Origin: a bacterium
Lineage (GTDB): Bacteria > Patescibacteriota > Minisyncoccia > Phycocordibacterales > Phycocordibacteraceae
Reading direction: 5' to 3'
DNA: 64,000 nucleotides
Assembly (NCBI GenBank): GCA_037200965.1
Contig: JBBCGK010000001.1
Location: 640,001-704,000, forward strand
The notes beneath the pieces are model-generated. The model worked only from the letters and a program-made list of their open reading frames with translations. It did no database searches and was not told where the DNA came from. Position 1 is the first letter of the stretch; each line of letters opens with the position of its first letter. The position numbers and the translations under genes are program-made. Positions 40,359-49,815 of the stretch are shown in pieces.

Positions 40359-41625
40359 CGCCTTTTATCACAAGCTCAAGCTCACCTTCAGCGACGAGGC
40401 GTTGCGCACCCGCATCTTTTTCCTCGTGGCCGCGCTCGCCGCGTTCCGCTTCCTTGCCGCGATTCCGATTCCGGGTGTCAACCACGATGCGCTCACGCAG
40501 TTTTTCGCGAACAACCAGTTCTTCGGCCTTTTGAACGTCTTCTCGGGCGGCGGGCTCTCGCATCTCTCGATCGTGATGCTCGGGGTGGGCCCCTACATCA
40601 CCGCGAGCATCATCATGCAGCTCGGGACCGCGGTCTCCCCGCGCCTCAAGGCCCTCTATTTCGAAGAGGGCGAGGCGGGCCGCGCGAAATTCATCGAGTG
40701 GAGCCGCATCATTACCATCCCGCTCGCGCTCATCCAGGGCGTCGCGTTCCTCTTCCTCCTTCAGAGCCAGGGCATCATCGAGCCGCTCTCTGCCGTGGGG
40801 CTTGTCGCGAACGTGCTTCTGGTCGCCGCGGGCTCCCTCCTTCTTATGTGGCTCGGAGAGCTCGTGACGGAATTCGGTATCGGCAACGGCGTCTCGCTCA
40901 TCATCTTCGCGGGCATCGTCTCGCGCTTCCCGTCCGAGCTTTCCCAGCTCCTCTTCACCGCGACCGCGGCGAACATCCCGGCGTATCTCGGTTTCGGGGC
41001 GCTCGCGCTCGCGGTCGTCTATGCCGTGGTCGTAGTGTCGGAGGCGGAGCGCTCGATCCCGATCGCGTACGCACGGGCGGTCCGCGGCGCGGCGCTCACG
41101 AGCGGCGCGGCGACCTATCTCCCGCTCCGTCTTCTTCAGGCGGGCGTGATCCCGATCATCTTCGCGCTCTCGCTCCTGCTTCTCCCGCAGATGGCGCTTT
41201 CGATACTCGCCGCGGCGAAGATTTCCTTCTTCGTCGGCGCGAACGCCTGGTTCGCCGCCTTCATCGCGAACCCCTGGGCTTATGGCGCCGCGTACTTCGC
41301 GCTCGTCGTCCTCTTCACGTATTTCTATACCTCGATCACCTTCGAGCCTAAACGCGTCGCGGAGAACCTTCAGAAGTCGGGAGCCTTCGTCCCCGGAGTC
41401 CGTCCCGGCCGCGAGACCGAAAACTACATCAGCGCCGTCGTCTCCCGCATCACGCTTCCGGGCGCCGTGTTCCTCGGCCTCGTCGCGGTCGTGCCGTTCA
41501 TCATCCAGGGGCTCACGGGCGTCACGGCCTTCCTCGTCGGCGGTACGGCCCTCCTCATCGCGGTGCAGGTCATTCTCGATCTCGTACGGAAGATCGACGC
41601 GCAGGCATCGCTTCGGGAGTATTAA
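40351..41625 (+). CDS. secY: preprotein translocase subunit SecY
   Basis: 10-TM SecY sequence. Confidence 0.95.
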   Translation: MLNAFYHKLKLTFSDEALRTRIFFLVAALAAFRFLAAIPIPGVNHDALTQFFANNQFFGLLNVFSGGGLSHLSIVMLGVGPYITASIIMQLGTAVSPRLKALYFEEGEAGRAKFIEWSRIITIPLALIQGVAFLFLLQSQGIIEPLSAVGLVANVLLVAAGSLLLMWLGELVTEFGIGNGVSLIIFAGIVSRFPSELSQLLFTATAANIPAYLGFGALALAVVYAVVVVSEAERSIPIAYARAVRGAALTSGAATYLPLRLLQAGVIPIIFALSLLLLPQMALSILAAAKISFFVGANAWFAAFIANPWAYGAAYFALVVLFTYFYTSITFEPKRVAENLQKSGAFVPGVRPGRETENYISAVVSRITLPGAVFLGLVAVVPFIIQGLTGVTAFLVGGTALLIAVQVILDLVRKIDAQASLREY

Positions 41626-41642
41626 AAACTCTACCTATCGTC

Positions 41643-41670
41643 AAACAGCCGGAGCGTGCTCCGGCTGTTT
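41643..41670 (+). terminator. hairpin AAACAGCCGGAG-CGTG-CTCCGGCTGTTT after secY
   Basis: perfect 12-bp stem ending in TTT. Confidence 0.5.
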
Positions 41671-41727
41671 GACATTGAGAGCGAATCGTTATATTTTTGC
41701 CGCAGATACCAAGTTTGCGAGGTTCCC

Positions 41728-42117
41728 ATGCTCTCCCTGCTCCAACTGTTCGGGTTCGGCGCAAGACCGAAAAAGCCCGTACCGTCTCCTTTGCCCCAAC
41801 ATAGCCGGGATGCGGTCTCACTTCCTCGGGTGCTCGAAGAAGCGCGTCGGTCGTGCCTGAACGATGACGGCACGATCAGTGTGAAGAAGCTCCGTTCGAT
41901 ATTTCCCGTGCTCTCGCCTTTTTATATCGTCTTCAACGAAAAAGGAAAGGCACAGGCACAAAGAGAGGGGGTAGTCTACAACCGACCGAACCTGTCGAGT
42001 GTGTTCGCAAGCCCGGATTCGGGCATGCCGGTGGTGTGCGGTTACCTGTGCGTTGTCATTGAACGCACGCCGGATTACATGCTGGTCGACCGCGAATTCA
42101 ATCTCAGGCTGAGATAA
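41728..42117 (+). CDS. hypothetical protein (129 aa)
   Basis: ORF only; start at internal ATG of the 41656..42117 ORF. Confidence 0.3.
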   Translation: MLSLLQLFGFGARPKKPVPSPLPQHSRDAVSLPRVLEEARRSCLNDDGTISVKKLRSIFPVLSPFYIVFNEKGKAQAQREGVVYNRPNLSSVFASPDSGMPVVCGYLCVVIERTPDYMLVDREFNLRLR

Positions 42118-42185
42118 GCGTTATCGGTTCTCAGGTATCGTTCGAAAGTCCGCGGGCCAGCCATTCGGCTGGCCCTTGTTTGTTT

Positions 42186-42752
42186 TTACGCACTAGCGCT
42201 TTGCCAGCCGCGAAAGGCGCCAAGCACCATAGCGACCACAGTCTCCAGATTATTGTGCGTCGTGTTGATAACCGCGTCGAACTGGGTTGTATCGTACACG
42301 TTCACTCCGTAGAGTGCGGAATAGCGCCGCGTCTCGCTTGCCGTTCTGACTTCCGTATTTTCCCTGATCTCGGCAGCTGAGGATCCTTCCTGGCTCACCC
42401 TCCCTTGATCGCGAATATGGGCATAAATTCTTTCGGCCGCGCTTTGCGGATCGACATAGAGGAACACTTTGAATGATTCGGGAATCCAGTGAAAGGCAAG
42501 CCGGGAGTCTATGACGAGCTTCTCCTTCCCGTTCATGTTTTTCAGGAGTTCGTCCACTCCGTGATCGACATCGTTGCGCTCTTCAAGCGAAAGATTCATC
42601 GCCTCGATGGAAAGGCCGCGCTCCGCGGCTATCTGGCGGAACAGGTCGCCCGAGGAGAAATGTTCGTACCCGAGTGCGGCGGCGACCGCTTTGGCCGTGG
42701 AAGATTTACCGCTACCGATAGAACCCGCGATCGTGATGATTTGAGGCTTCAC
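42186..42752 (-). CDS. cmk: cytidylate kinase
   Basis: P-loop ITIAGSIGSGKSS and NMP-binding segment; antisense to the flanking secY/adk. Confidence 0.7.
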   Translation of the reverse strand: MKPQIITIAGSIGSGKSSTAKAVAAALGYEHFSSGDLFRQIAAERGLSIEAMNLSLEERNDVDHGVDELLKNMNGKEKLVIDSRLAFHWIPESFKVFLYVDPQSAAERIYAHIRDQGRVSQEGSSAAEIRENTEVRTASETRRYSALYGVNVYDTTQFDAVINTTHNNLETVVAMVLGAFRGWQSASA

Positions 42753-42800
42753 GTTTCCGTGATTATAGCCGCACCAAGCCTTTTTTGCTACACTCCCCGT

Positions 42801-43388
42801 ATGACAGACTCAGGCGCCCTGGGCGCGGTGCTATTCGTCGGCAGGCCTGGATCCGGCAAGGGTACGCAGGCGCACATGCTTGCCGCACGCCTTGGCTGGC
42901 CGCTTTTTTCCTCGGGCAACCACTTCAAAGACCTTATTTTGAAGGCTACGCCGCTTGGCGAGCGCATACGCGACGACTATAACCGCGGCAAGCTTTCTCC
43001 GGACTGGATCGCCGATTATTTCTTCGAGGAAGCGATTCTTTCGCTTCTCCCCGGGCAGGGGCTCGTTTCCGAGGGCTTCCCCCGGTCGCTTCCGCAGGCG
43101 GAACTCGCGGACGAAGTGCTTGCGTGGCTCGGGCGTCCCTACAAAGTCATACACCTCGCCGTATCCGAAGACTCCGCCCTTACGAGGCAGCTCGGGCGCG
43201 CGAAGACGGAACATCGTCCCGACAGCGATGCTGATGAGAAGATACGGGGCCGGTTCGACGTTTACCGCACCCATACCGAGCCGGTTCTGGATTTCTTCAG
43301 GACGCGAGGCGCGCTCATAGATATCGACGGAGAGAAGGCTCCCGAACAGATCGCATCGGATATCGCGCGCGCCCTGGAACTTTCATGA
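42801..43388 (+). CDS. adk: adenylate kinase (short, lid-less type)
   Basis: GRPGSGKGTQA P-loop; start ATG at 42801 inside the 42489..43388 ORF. Confidence 0.8.
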   Translation: MTDSGALGAVLFVGRPGSGKGTQAHMLAARLGWPLFSSGNHFKDLILKATPLGERIRDDYNRGKLSPDWIADYFFEEAILSLLPGQGLVSEGFPRSLPQAELADEVLAWLGRPYKVIHLAVSEDSALTRQLGRAKTEHRPDSDADEKIRGRFDVYRTHTEPVLDFFRTRGALIDIDGEKAPEQIASDIARALELS

Positions 43389-44161
43389 TCGTACGTACGC
43401 CGAAACAGCGGGAAGACCTGGTGGAAGGAGGCAGGCGCATAGGCGAAGTGCTTGCCAAGGTCGCGCGTGCGGTCGTGCCGGGAATAACGACCGAAGAGCT
43501 CGATGACCTGGCCGAGAAGCTCATACGCGACCTCGGTGACGAGCCGTCATTTCTCGGCTATCAGCCGGAAGGCGCCCGGCGCCCGTTTCCGGCAACGCTG
43601 TGCGTTTCGATAAACGACGAAGTGGTGCATGGCATTCCAAGTCCTTCGAGGAAACTCAAGACGGGCGATATCGTAAGCCTCGACCTCGGGCTTACTCACC
43701 ACGGCCTCATCCTCGACTCCGCGGTTACGGTACCCGTGGGGAAGGTGAAACCCGAGCTTCTCGAGCTTATCGCCGCGACGGACGCGGCCCTTGAAGCGGG
43801 TATCGCCGCCGCAAGGCCCGGCAACCGCACGGGCGATATCTCCCGTGCGATCGGCGAAGCATACAAAGGTACGGGCTTCGCGATCGTGCGCGTCCTTGGA
43901 GGACACGGGGTAGGCGAGCATGTGCATGAGGAGCCTTTCATCGCGAACTACGGCAAAGGAGGCGACGGCGTCGATATCGTGCCGGGCATGGTGCTCGCGC
44001 TCGAGCCCATCGCGACTCTGGGGAAGGCGTCCGTCGTCCTTTCTCAGGACGGCTACACCTACCGCACCAAGGACGGCTCCGCCGCCGCGCACTCCGAGCA
44101 CACTATTTTGATAGAAGAGAAGGAAACTGTTGTACTTACGAGAAGGCCGGGGGAGGTATAA
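43385..44161 (+). CDS. map: type I methionine aminopeptidase
   Basis: pita-bread fold motifs VVHGIPS, DIVSLDLG, GHGVGEHVHEEP. Confidence 0.9.
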   Translation: MIVRTPKQREDLVEGGRRIGEVLAKVARAVVPGITTEELDDLAEKLIRDLGDEPSFLGYQPEGARRPFPATLCVSINDEVVHGIPSPSRKLKTGDIVSLDLGLTHHGLILDSAVTVPVGKVKPELLELIAATDAALEAGIAAARPGNRTGDISRAIGEAYKGTGFAIVRVLGGHGVGEHVHEEPFIANYGKGGDGVDIVPGMVLALEPIATLGKASVVLSQDGYTYRTKDGSAAAHSEHTILIEEKETVVLTRRPGEV

Positions 44162-44169
44162 TATTTCGT

Positions 44170-44733
44170 ATGAAACGAGCCGTACTTGTACATGGGTGGG
44201 ATGGAGGACCCGACCAGGATTGGTTCCCTTGGCTTGCAGACGAACTCAAGAGCCGGGGCTACGAAATAGTCGCCCCACAACTCCCGGTGCCAGAAGAGCC
44301 CCGCAAAGAACGTTGGGTACCGGCGCTCGCGGAAGCCGTCGGTACATCTAATACAGAGACATTTTTTGTCGGGCACTCAATGGGATGCCAGACGATACTT
44401 AGATATCTCGAGACGCTCTCGGAGCGCGGTACCGTTGGCGGCGCACTGTTCGTTGCTGGTTTCCTCCACACGATAAGAAATCTAGAAAATGCTCGCGACG
44501 AGGAGATTGGGCGTTCGTGGACCGATGCCCCGCTCAATCTCACGCATGTGCGATCGCTCTTGCCGAAAAGCATCGCGCTCTTCTCCGATAACGACCAGTG
44601 GGTGACGCTTGATAACACGGCTGCTTTCGAAGAAGGACTTGGTTCGGAGATTGTCGTCGAGCATCAGCGCGGACACTTTACGGAAGAAATCGAGCCCTCG
44701 GTACTCGCCGCCGCCCTGCGTCTCCTCGCATAA
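44170..44733 (+). CDS. alpha/beta-hydrolase, YdeN/RBBP9-like serine hydrolase
   Basis: VLVHGWDGGP...FVGHSMGC nucleophile elbow. Confidence 0.5.
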   Translation: MKRAVLVHGWDGGPDQDWFPWLADELKSRGYEIVAPQLPVPEEPRKERWVPALAEAVGTSNTETFFVGHSMGCQTILRYLETLSERGTVGGALFVAGFLHTIRNLENARDEEIGRSWTDAPLNLTHVRSLLPKSIALFSDNDQWVTLDNTAAFEEGLGSEIVVEHQRGHFTEEIEPSVLAAALRLLA

Positions 44734-44791
44734 GCACCTTCATCAATCCTTCAAGCCCATGCTGTAAAGTAGCGAGGTTACTCTCTAACTT

Positions 44792-45043
44792 TTGCACATG
44801 GCAACTATCGTGAACAATCCGGGACCCGAGCGTATCGTCGAAGTGGAGCGTCCTTCAGACTCAAGCGGCTGGGCGGTCGCCGTCATCGTGCTCGTCATTA
44901 TCCTCGCGGTCGGCGCCTTCTACTTCCTGCGGTATCGTCCCGCTCCGGCGCCGCAGCCCCAGGGCGCGAACATCAACGTCACCCTTCCGATACCGGAGGA
45001 GAACGGCGGGAATACTCCCGCGCCGGCACCCGCAAATCCGTAA
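44792..45043 (+). CDS. small single-pass membrane protein with Pro/Ala-rich tail
   Basis: TM helix WAVAVIVLVIILAVGAFYFL. Confidence 0.35.
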   Translation: MHMATIVNNPGPERIVEVERPSDSSGWAVAVIVLVIILAVGAFYFLRYRPAPAPQPQGANINVTLPIPEENGGNTPAPAPANP

Positions 45044-45138
45044 AGATCGCGCGCGTATCAAAGAGAAGCGCCCGCGCTAGCGCGGGCGCTTCTCTTTCGC
45101 TATACTGCCCGCATACCTTTAATTCATTCGACAGCATC

Positions 45139-45747
45139 ATGGCAACGCATCCGCAATACGAGAGAACCCTTGTAATCGTGAAGCCCGACGGGGTGCAGCG
45201 CTCCCTTGTCGGAGAGATCATCAGCCGCTATGAGCGCATGGGCCTTAAGCTGGTCGGCATCAAGATGCTCGTGCCTTCGGCGGAGCTCGCGGAGAAGCAC
45301 TATCTCGCCGATCCGAACTGGCGCATGACGGTCGGTACCAAGACCATCGCAAGCTATGAGAAGAAAGGCGAAACCCCGCCCTCGACCGATCCGCTCGTCA
45401 TCGGCGGCATTATCCTCGAGTCGGTGAAGAAATACCTCACTGCGGGCCCCGTCATCCCGATGGTGTGGGAGGGCGCGCATGCGGTCGAGGTCGTGAAGAA
45501 GATCACGGGCGGTACGGAGCCACGAACGAGCGACGTGGGCACCATCCGCGGCGACTTCATGCTCGACTCGTACCCGATGGCCGATCTCGACAAGCGCGCG
45601 ATCAGGAACCTCGCGCACATCTCCGGGAATCTCGACGACGCGAAAGTGGAGATCCCGCTCTGGTTTACGCCTGAGGAACTCGTCGAGTACAAGCACATCC
45701 AGGAGCATATCCTCTATAACGAGGATATGGGCGGGGCATTGAAATAA
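45139..45747 (+). CDS. ndk: nucleoside diphosphate kinase (long variant)
   Basis: RTLVIVKPDGVQRSLVGEII, NxxHxSD-like region with insertions. Confidence 0.75.
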   Translation: MATHPQYERTLVIVKPDGVQRSLVGEIISRYERMGLKLVGIKMLVPSAELAEKHYLADPNWRMTVGTKTIASYEKKGETPPSTDPLVIGGIILESVKKYLTAGPVIPMVWEGAHAVEVVKKITGGTEPRTSDVGTIRGDFMLDSYPMADLDKRAIRNLAHISGNLDDAKVEIPLWFTPEELVEYKHIQEHILYNEDMGGALK

Positions 45748-45807
45748 AAAGCAAAGGATAGCGGAAAGCCGCGCTTCTATCTAAGAGCCGCGGCTTTTTA
45801 TCCATGG

Positions 45808-46389
45808 TTATGTCTTGTCGGGGTCGTGCTTATCAATATCGTCTGTTCTCATTCCAAAGTTGTCCAGGCACAGATTACGAAAATAAATCGCACCTACACG
45901 CCTCAAGATACCCATACTGGTGCCCTTTTCGAACGCGAACTTCTTTAATTGGTTGTCAAATTCGGGCGCGAGTACAAGAAGGTCAAAAGCTTTGAAAATA
46001 TGCTTTTGAACTTCATAAGGATTTGTATTTCTTTTTTCTTCACACAGCTTCATCAATTCGTCTTTATGGGCAGCAATATATTCTTTCCACCCACTCTCGA
46101 TGAGCCATTCTTCTCCAAGGGGTTTGAGATTGACAGGCGATCCCTGCCCGAATGCCGGGGCAGGAGCGCTTGCGTTATCAGTGGATACTTGCAAATCGTG
46201 CAAGGCATCTTTCACCCATTGCATGGATGTTTCAAGCGCGGTAAACCGGCCGTTTGAATACCAGGCGATACCCAGGAGCGCTGCCATGAGGCCAAGAAAG
46301 TATTCCCAACCTATGTGAATGGTAACGCCGTCCATATAACCGGCAGTATACACTGTCCCTATATAACGTAGGAATAAAGCCTGAATCAT
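45808..46389 (-). CDS. hypothetical membrane-associated protein
   Basis: ORF 45808..46554 trimmed to internal ATG; one TM helix. Confidence 0.3.
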   Translation of the reverse strand: MIQALFLRYIGTVYTAGYMDGVTIHIGWEYFLGLMAALLGIAWYSNGRFTALETSMQWVKDALHDLQVSTDNASAPAPAFGQGSPVNLKPLGEEWLIESGWKEYIAAHKDELMKLCEEKRNTNPYEVQKHIFKAFDLLVLAPEFDNQLKKFAFEKGTSMGILRRVGAIYFRNLCLDNFGMRTDDIDKHDPDKT

Positions 46390-46633
46390 AGAAAAGTGGA
46401 CGTAAGGTTGTCCACAACCTATTTCCTTGGTCGGGCGTATACTGAATCCGGGCCGCCTTAAAACGCAACTGTTTACACATTCGGGAGCCTGACATTCTCC
46501 CCGGCTGGCGAATCCTTTCCGGAATCCGACGCCGCGGGCAGCAAGGGCACCCACCTGGCACTACAGTTGCCTACTGGCGGTCCGCGAGAAAATCCCGCAG
46601 AAGTGCGGGATTTTCTCGTGCTAGAGTTTCTAC

Positions 46634-48022
46634 ATGCCGTTTCGCATCACTCCCTATGGCGGAGCCGATTCCGTCACCGGTTCGAACTTTCTGATAGAAG
46701 GAAGCGGCGGCGGGAAGATTCTCGTCGACTGCGGCATCGAGCAGGGGAGGGATGTTTCGGAGGCGGATACGTACGCCCCTTTTCCGTACGATGCGTCCCA
46801 GATAGACGCGCTCGTGATAACGCACGCGCATCTCGATCACGTGGGCCGCTGCCCGAAGCTCGCAAAGGAGGGATTCAGGGGCAGGGTATATATGACGCCG
46901 CCGACGCGCGATCTGGCGGAACTTATCCTTCGCGACAGCGCCGGCATCCTCGCGCAGGAAGCGCAGATGCGGCATCTGCCCCTTCTTTATACCGACGAGG
47001 ACGTGACGCGGTTCTTCTCGCTCGTCGAAACGCTCGAATACCACACGGAGAAAGAAATCGCTCCCGGCCTTTCGGTCTGTCTCCGGAACACCGGCCATAT
47101 CCTCGGCTCCGCAAGCGTCCGGATACGGGATGCGTCGGGCTCCTCCCTCGCCCTTACGGGCGACATCGGCAACTCGCCCTCTCCCTTTCTTCCCGACGCC
47201 GAACCGATTCCGGACGCCGGCGCCCTGCTTATGGAAAGCGTGTACGGCGACCGGCTGCATCCGCACCTTGCCGATCGTGTCGCGGAGCTTCGCGATACCC
47301 TGAAGCGGGCGATAGCGCGGGGAGGAACCATTCTCATCCCTTCGTTCTCGATGGAGCGCACGCAGCTCATGCTCTACGAATTCTCGAACCTCATGGCCGC
47401 GGGAGAGATCCCGAAGATTCCCGTATTCCTCGATTCCCCGCTCGCGATCGGCGTCACCGCCGTATACGAGAAATGGGGAAGTACGTATTTCAAGCAGGAG
47501 GCGAAAGAGGAGCTCGAGCGGGAAGGCAGCATTTTCAATTTCCCGTTTCTCAAGATGACATCCTCGCGCGAGCAGTCGGAGGGAATTGCGGCCGCGCCTG
47601 ACCCGAAGATCATCATCGCGGGGGCGGGCATGAGCCACGGAGGGCGCATAGGGGCGCACGAGGCCCGCTATCTGCCGTTTCCGACGACGACCCTCATCAT
47701 GGTCGGATACCAGGCGCCGGGGACTCCCGGGCGGCTCATGCAGGAAGGCGCTCCTTCCGTGCGGCTCGGGGGCCGGGAGGTGCGCATACGGGCCAAGATA
47801 GAGACCCTGTCAGGCTGGTCGGCGCACGCGGACCGCGACGGGCTCATGAAGTTTGTCGAAGCCTGTCTTCCGGGGACGAAGACGTTTTTCGTCGCGATCG
47901 GGGAGCCTTCCGCCGAGCGTTTCCTCGCCCAGCGCATTCATGACACCTTCAGTGTTCGCACTATCGTACCGGAGACGGGGGAGGGGTGGGAGATAGGGAA
48001 AGATTCGATTCATAGGGTATAG
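46634..48022 (+). CDS. beta-CASP family MBL-fold ribonuclease (RNase J/CPSF-like)
   Basis: VITHAHLDH zinc motif, beta-CASP motifs incl. WSAHAD. Confidence 0.7.
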   Translation: MPFRITPYGGADSVTGSNFLIEGSGGGKILVDCGIEQGRDVSEADTYAPFPYDASQIDALVITHAHLDHVGRCPKLAKEGFRGRVYMTPPTRDLAELILRDSAGILAQEAQMRHLPLLYTDEDVTRFFSLVETLEYHTEKEIAPGLSVCLRNTGHILGSASVRIRDASGSSLALTGDIGNSPSPFLPDAEPIPDAGALLMESVYGDRLHPHLADRVAELRDTLKRAIARGGTILIPSFSMERTQLMLYEFSNLMAAGEIPKIPVFLDSPLAIGVTAVYEKWGSTYFKQEAKEELEREGSIFNFPFLKMTSSREQSEGIAAAPDPKIIIAGAGMSHGGRIGAHEARYLPFPTTTLIMVGYQAPGTPGRLMQEGAPSVRLGGREVRIRAKIETLSGWSAHADRDGLMKFVEACLPGTKTFFVAIGEPSAERFLAQRIHDTFSVRTIVPETGEGWEIGKDSIHRV

Positions 48023-48031
48023 TCTTGCTAT

Positions 48032-49813
48032 ATGCCCGATTCTCGCGGCGCGTCCACGCAGCTTTCTCCCGAACGCCACGCTACTCCCTTCGCGTTTTTC
48101 CTCGCGACGAATCGTCAGGAAGTGAAATGGCTTGGCTTGAGCGCGCTTTCTTATAGTTTTGCGGCGGCGGCCATGCTCGCCGCTACCTATGCGCTTGGCC
48201 AGGCGGTGGATTTGCTCCCCCCCCCCCCCCCCTCGCACGGACCAATCCGCCTACTCCTTATCGGCGCGATCCTCGGTTTTGTTTGCTATGAACTTGGGTT
48301 CCGTGTCGGGCACATAATTGAAGTCCTTGCTTCCTCGCGTATACGTGCCAGAACGAAACAGGCGCTCTTTGACCACGTGACGGGACTTTCGTACGGCTAT
48401 TTCGTGGACCGGTTTTCCGGGCAGATCGCGCATAAGATCTCGGCGACGACCGACGCGCTCGAACGGATGACATTGCGCGTCACGAATGATTTTATAGAGG
48501 AGGGCGCGTTGGTATTGATAAGCGCCGCTACACTTTCTCTCATCAGCCCCTACTTCGGGCTGTTCGTGCTTGTCTGGGGGGTGCTGTTGTGCCTTGGCAC
48601 GCTTCCGTATGCGAAGCGGATGAACGCGCGGGCGAACGAATACGCGGACGTGGAATCAAAAACCACCGGCGTCTTCGTCGACTTCTTCGGCAATATAGCG
48701 GCAGTGAAAGTGTACGGAGGTACGCGAAGCCGCACGTCCGTCCATGATCAGATCGAGGAAGAGAAGCGCTCCTTTCGGGCGCTCGGCTTTTGGGCGGTGC
48801 TGTCATACAACTATATGGGTTTGTCGGTCGTCGTTCTCGGCGCGGGGCTCATCGCCATCACTTCGTACTTGTATGCCCACACGCTTATCACCCTGGGGAG
48901 TATCCTGTTCGTGATGGCGACGGGGCTTCGCCTCTCGAACGTCTCGTGGGAACTCGGGAAAAGCGTCATAGATTTCATCCGCGAGCGCGGGGAATGCCAG
49001 CAGAATCTCGAAGACCTCATCGTTGCGCCCGTCGTGACCGATCGGGCGGTCTCTCCTCAACATGCGCATACGCAGGCACGCGTCGAATATCGGGACGTAA
49101 CGTTTTCATACAATACCGGCCGGCCGGTACTCGCCGATTTCTCGCTCTGCGTGTCCGCGGGAGAGAAAGTCGGTATCGTCGGGCGTTCGGGCGCGGGAAA
49201 AACCACGCTTGCGAATCTGCTCCTCCGGTTCTTTGACGCGAACAAAGGGGCGGTGCTGTTAAACGATGTCGATGTCCGCGACTTGTCGCAGCAGTATCTC
49301 CGCTCCCACCTTTCCTATATTTCACAGGATACGTCCTTGTTTCATGCAAGCGTACGGGACAATATCGCGTACGGGGTGCCTGACGCGCCGCAGGAAGACG
49401 TAGAAAGCGCCGCGCGGCTTGCGTATGCTGACGAATTCATACACGCGCTCCCGCAAGGGTACGACAGCGTCGTCGGCGAGCGCGGCGTAAAGCTCTCGGG
49501 CGGCCAGCGCCAGCGCATCGCTATCGCCCGCGCCATCCTTGCGGACCGTCCCCTCTTCCTTCTTGACGAGGCGACGAGCGCGCTCGACAGCGACAGCGAG
49601 TCGAAAATCCAGGTCGGTCTCGCGGCCCTTATGGAAGGGAAGACCGTCATCGCCATCGCGCACCGTCTCTCGACCCTTTCGCGCATGGACCGCATCATTT
49701 ATCTGGAAGAGGGAAGGATTATCGAAGACGGAGCGCACGAAGAACTGCTGGCGCTGAACGGAAGATACGCCGAACTTTGGCGCATGCAGGCGGGCGGGTT
49801 CCTTCCCTCATAA
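48032..49813 (+). CDS. ABC exporter, fused permease/ATPase (MsbA-like)
   Basis: 6-TM domain, Walker A GRSGAGKTT, signature LSGGQRQR, Walker B LLDEATSALD. Confidence 0.85.
   Translation: MPDSRGASTQLSPERHATPFAFFLATNRQEVKWLGLSALSYSFAAAAMLAATYALGQAVDLLPPPPPSHGPIRLLLIGAILGFVCYELGFRVGHIIEVLASSRIRARTKQALFDHVTGLSYGYFVDRFSGQIAHKISATTDALERMTLRVTNDFIEEGALVLISAATLSLISPYFGLFVLVWGVLLCLGTLPYAKRMNARANEYADVESKTTGVFVDFFGNIAAVKVYGGTRSRTSVHDQIEEEKRSFRALGFWAVLSYNYMGLSVVVLGAGLIAITSYLYAHTLITLGSILFVMATGLRLSNVSWELGKSVIDFIRERGECQQNLEDLIVAPVVTDRAVSPQHAHTQARVEYRDVTFSYNTGRPVLADFSLCVSAGEKVGIVGRSGAGKTTLANLLLRFFDANKGAVLLNDVDVRDLSQQYLRSHLSYISQDTSLFHASVRDNIAYGVPDAPQEDVESAARLAYADEFIHALPQGYDSVVGERGVKLSGGQRQRIAIARAILADRPLFLLDEATSALDSDSESKIQVGLAALMEGKTVIAIAHRLSTLSRMDRIIYLEEGRIIEDGAHEELLALNGRYAELWRMQAGGFLPS
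48217..48232 (+). repeat. C16 homopolymeric tract inside ABC exporter coding sequence (encodes LPPPPPS)
   Basis: 16 consecutive C, in frame. Confidence 0.9.
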
Positions 49814-49815
49814 GT

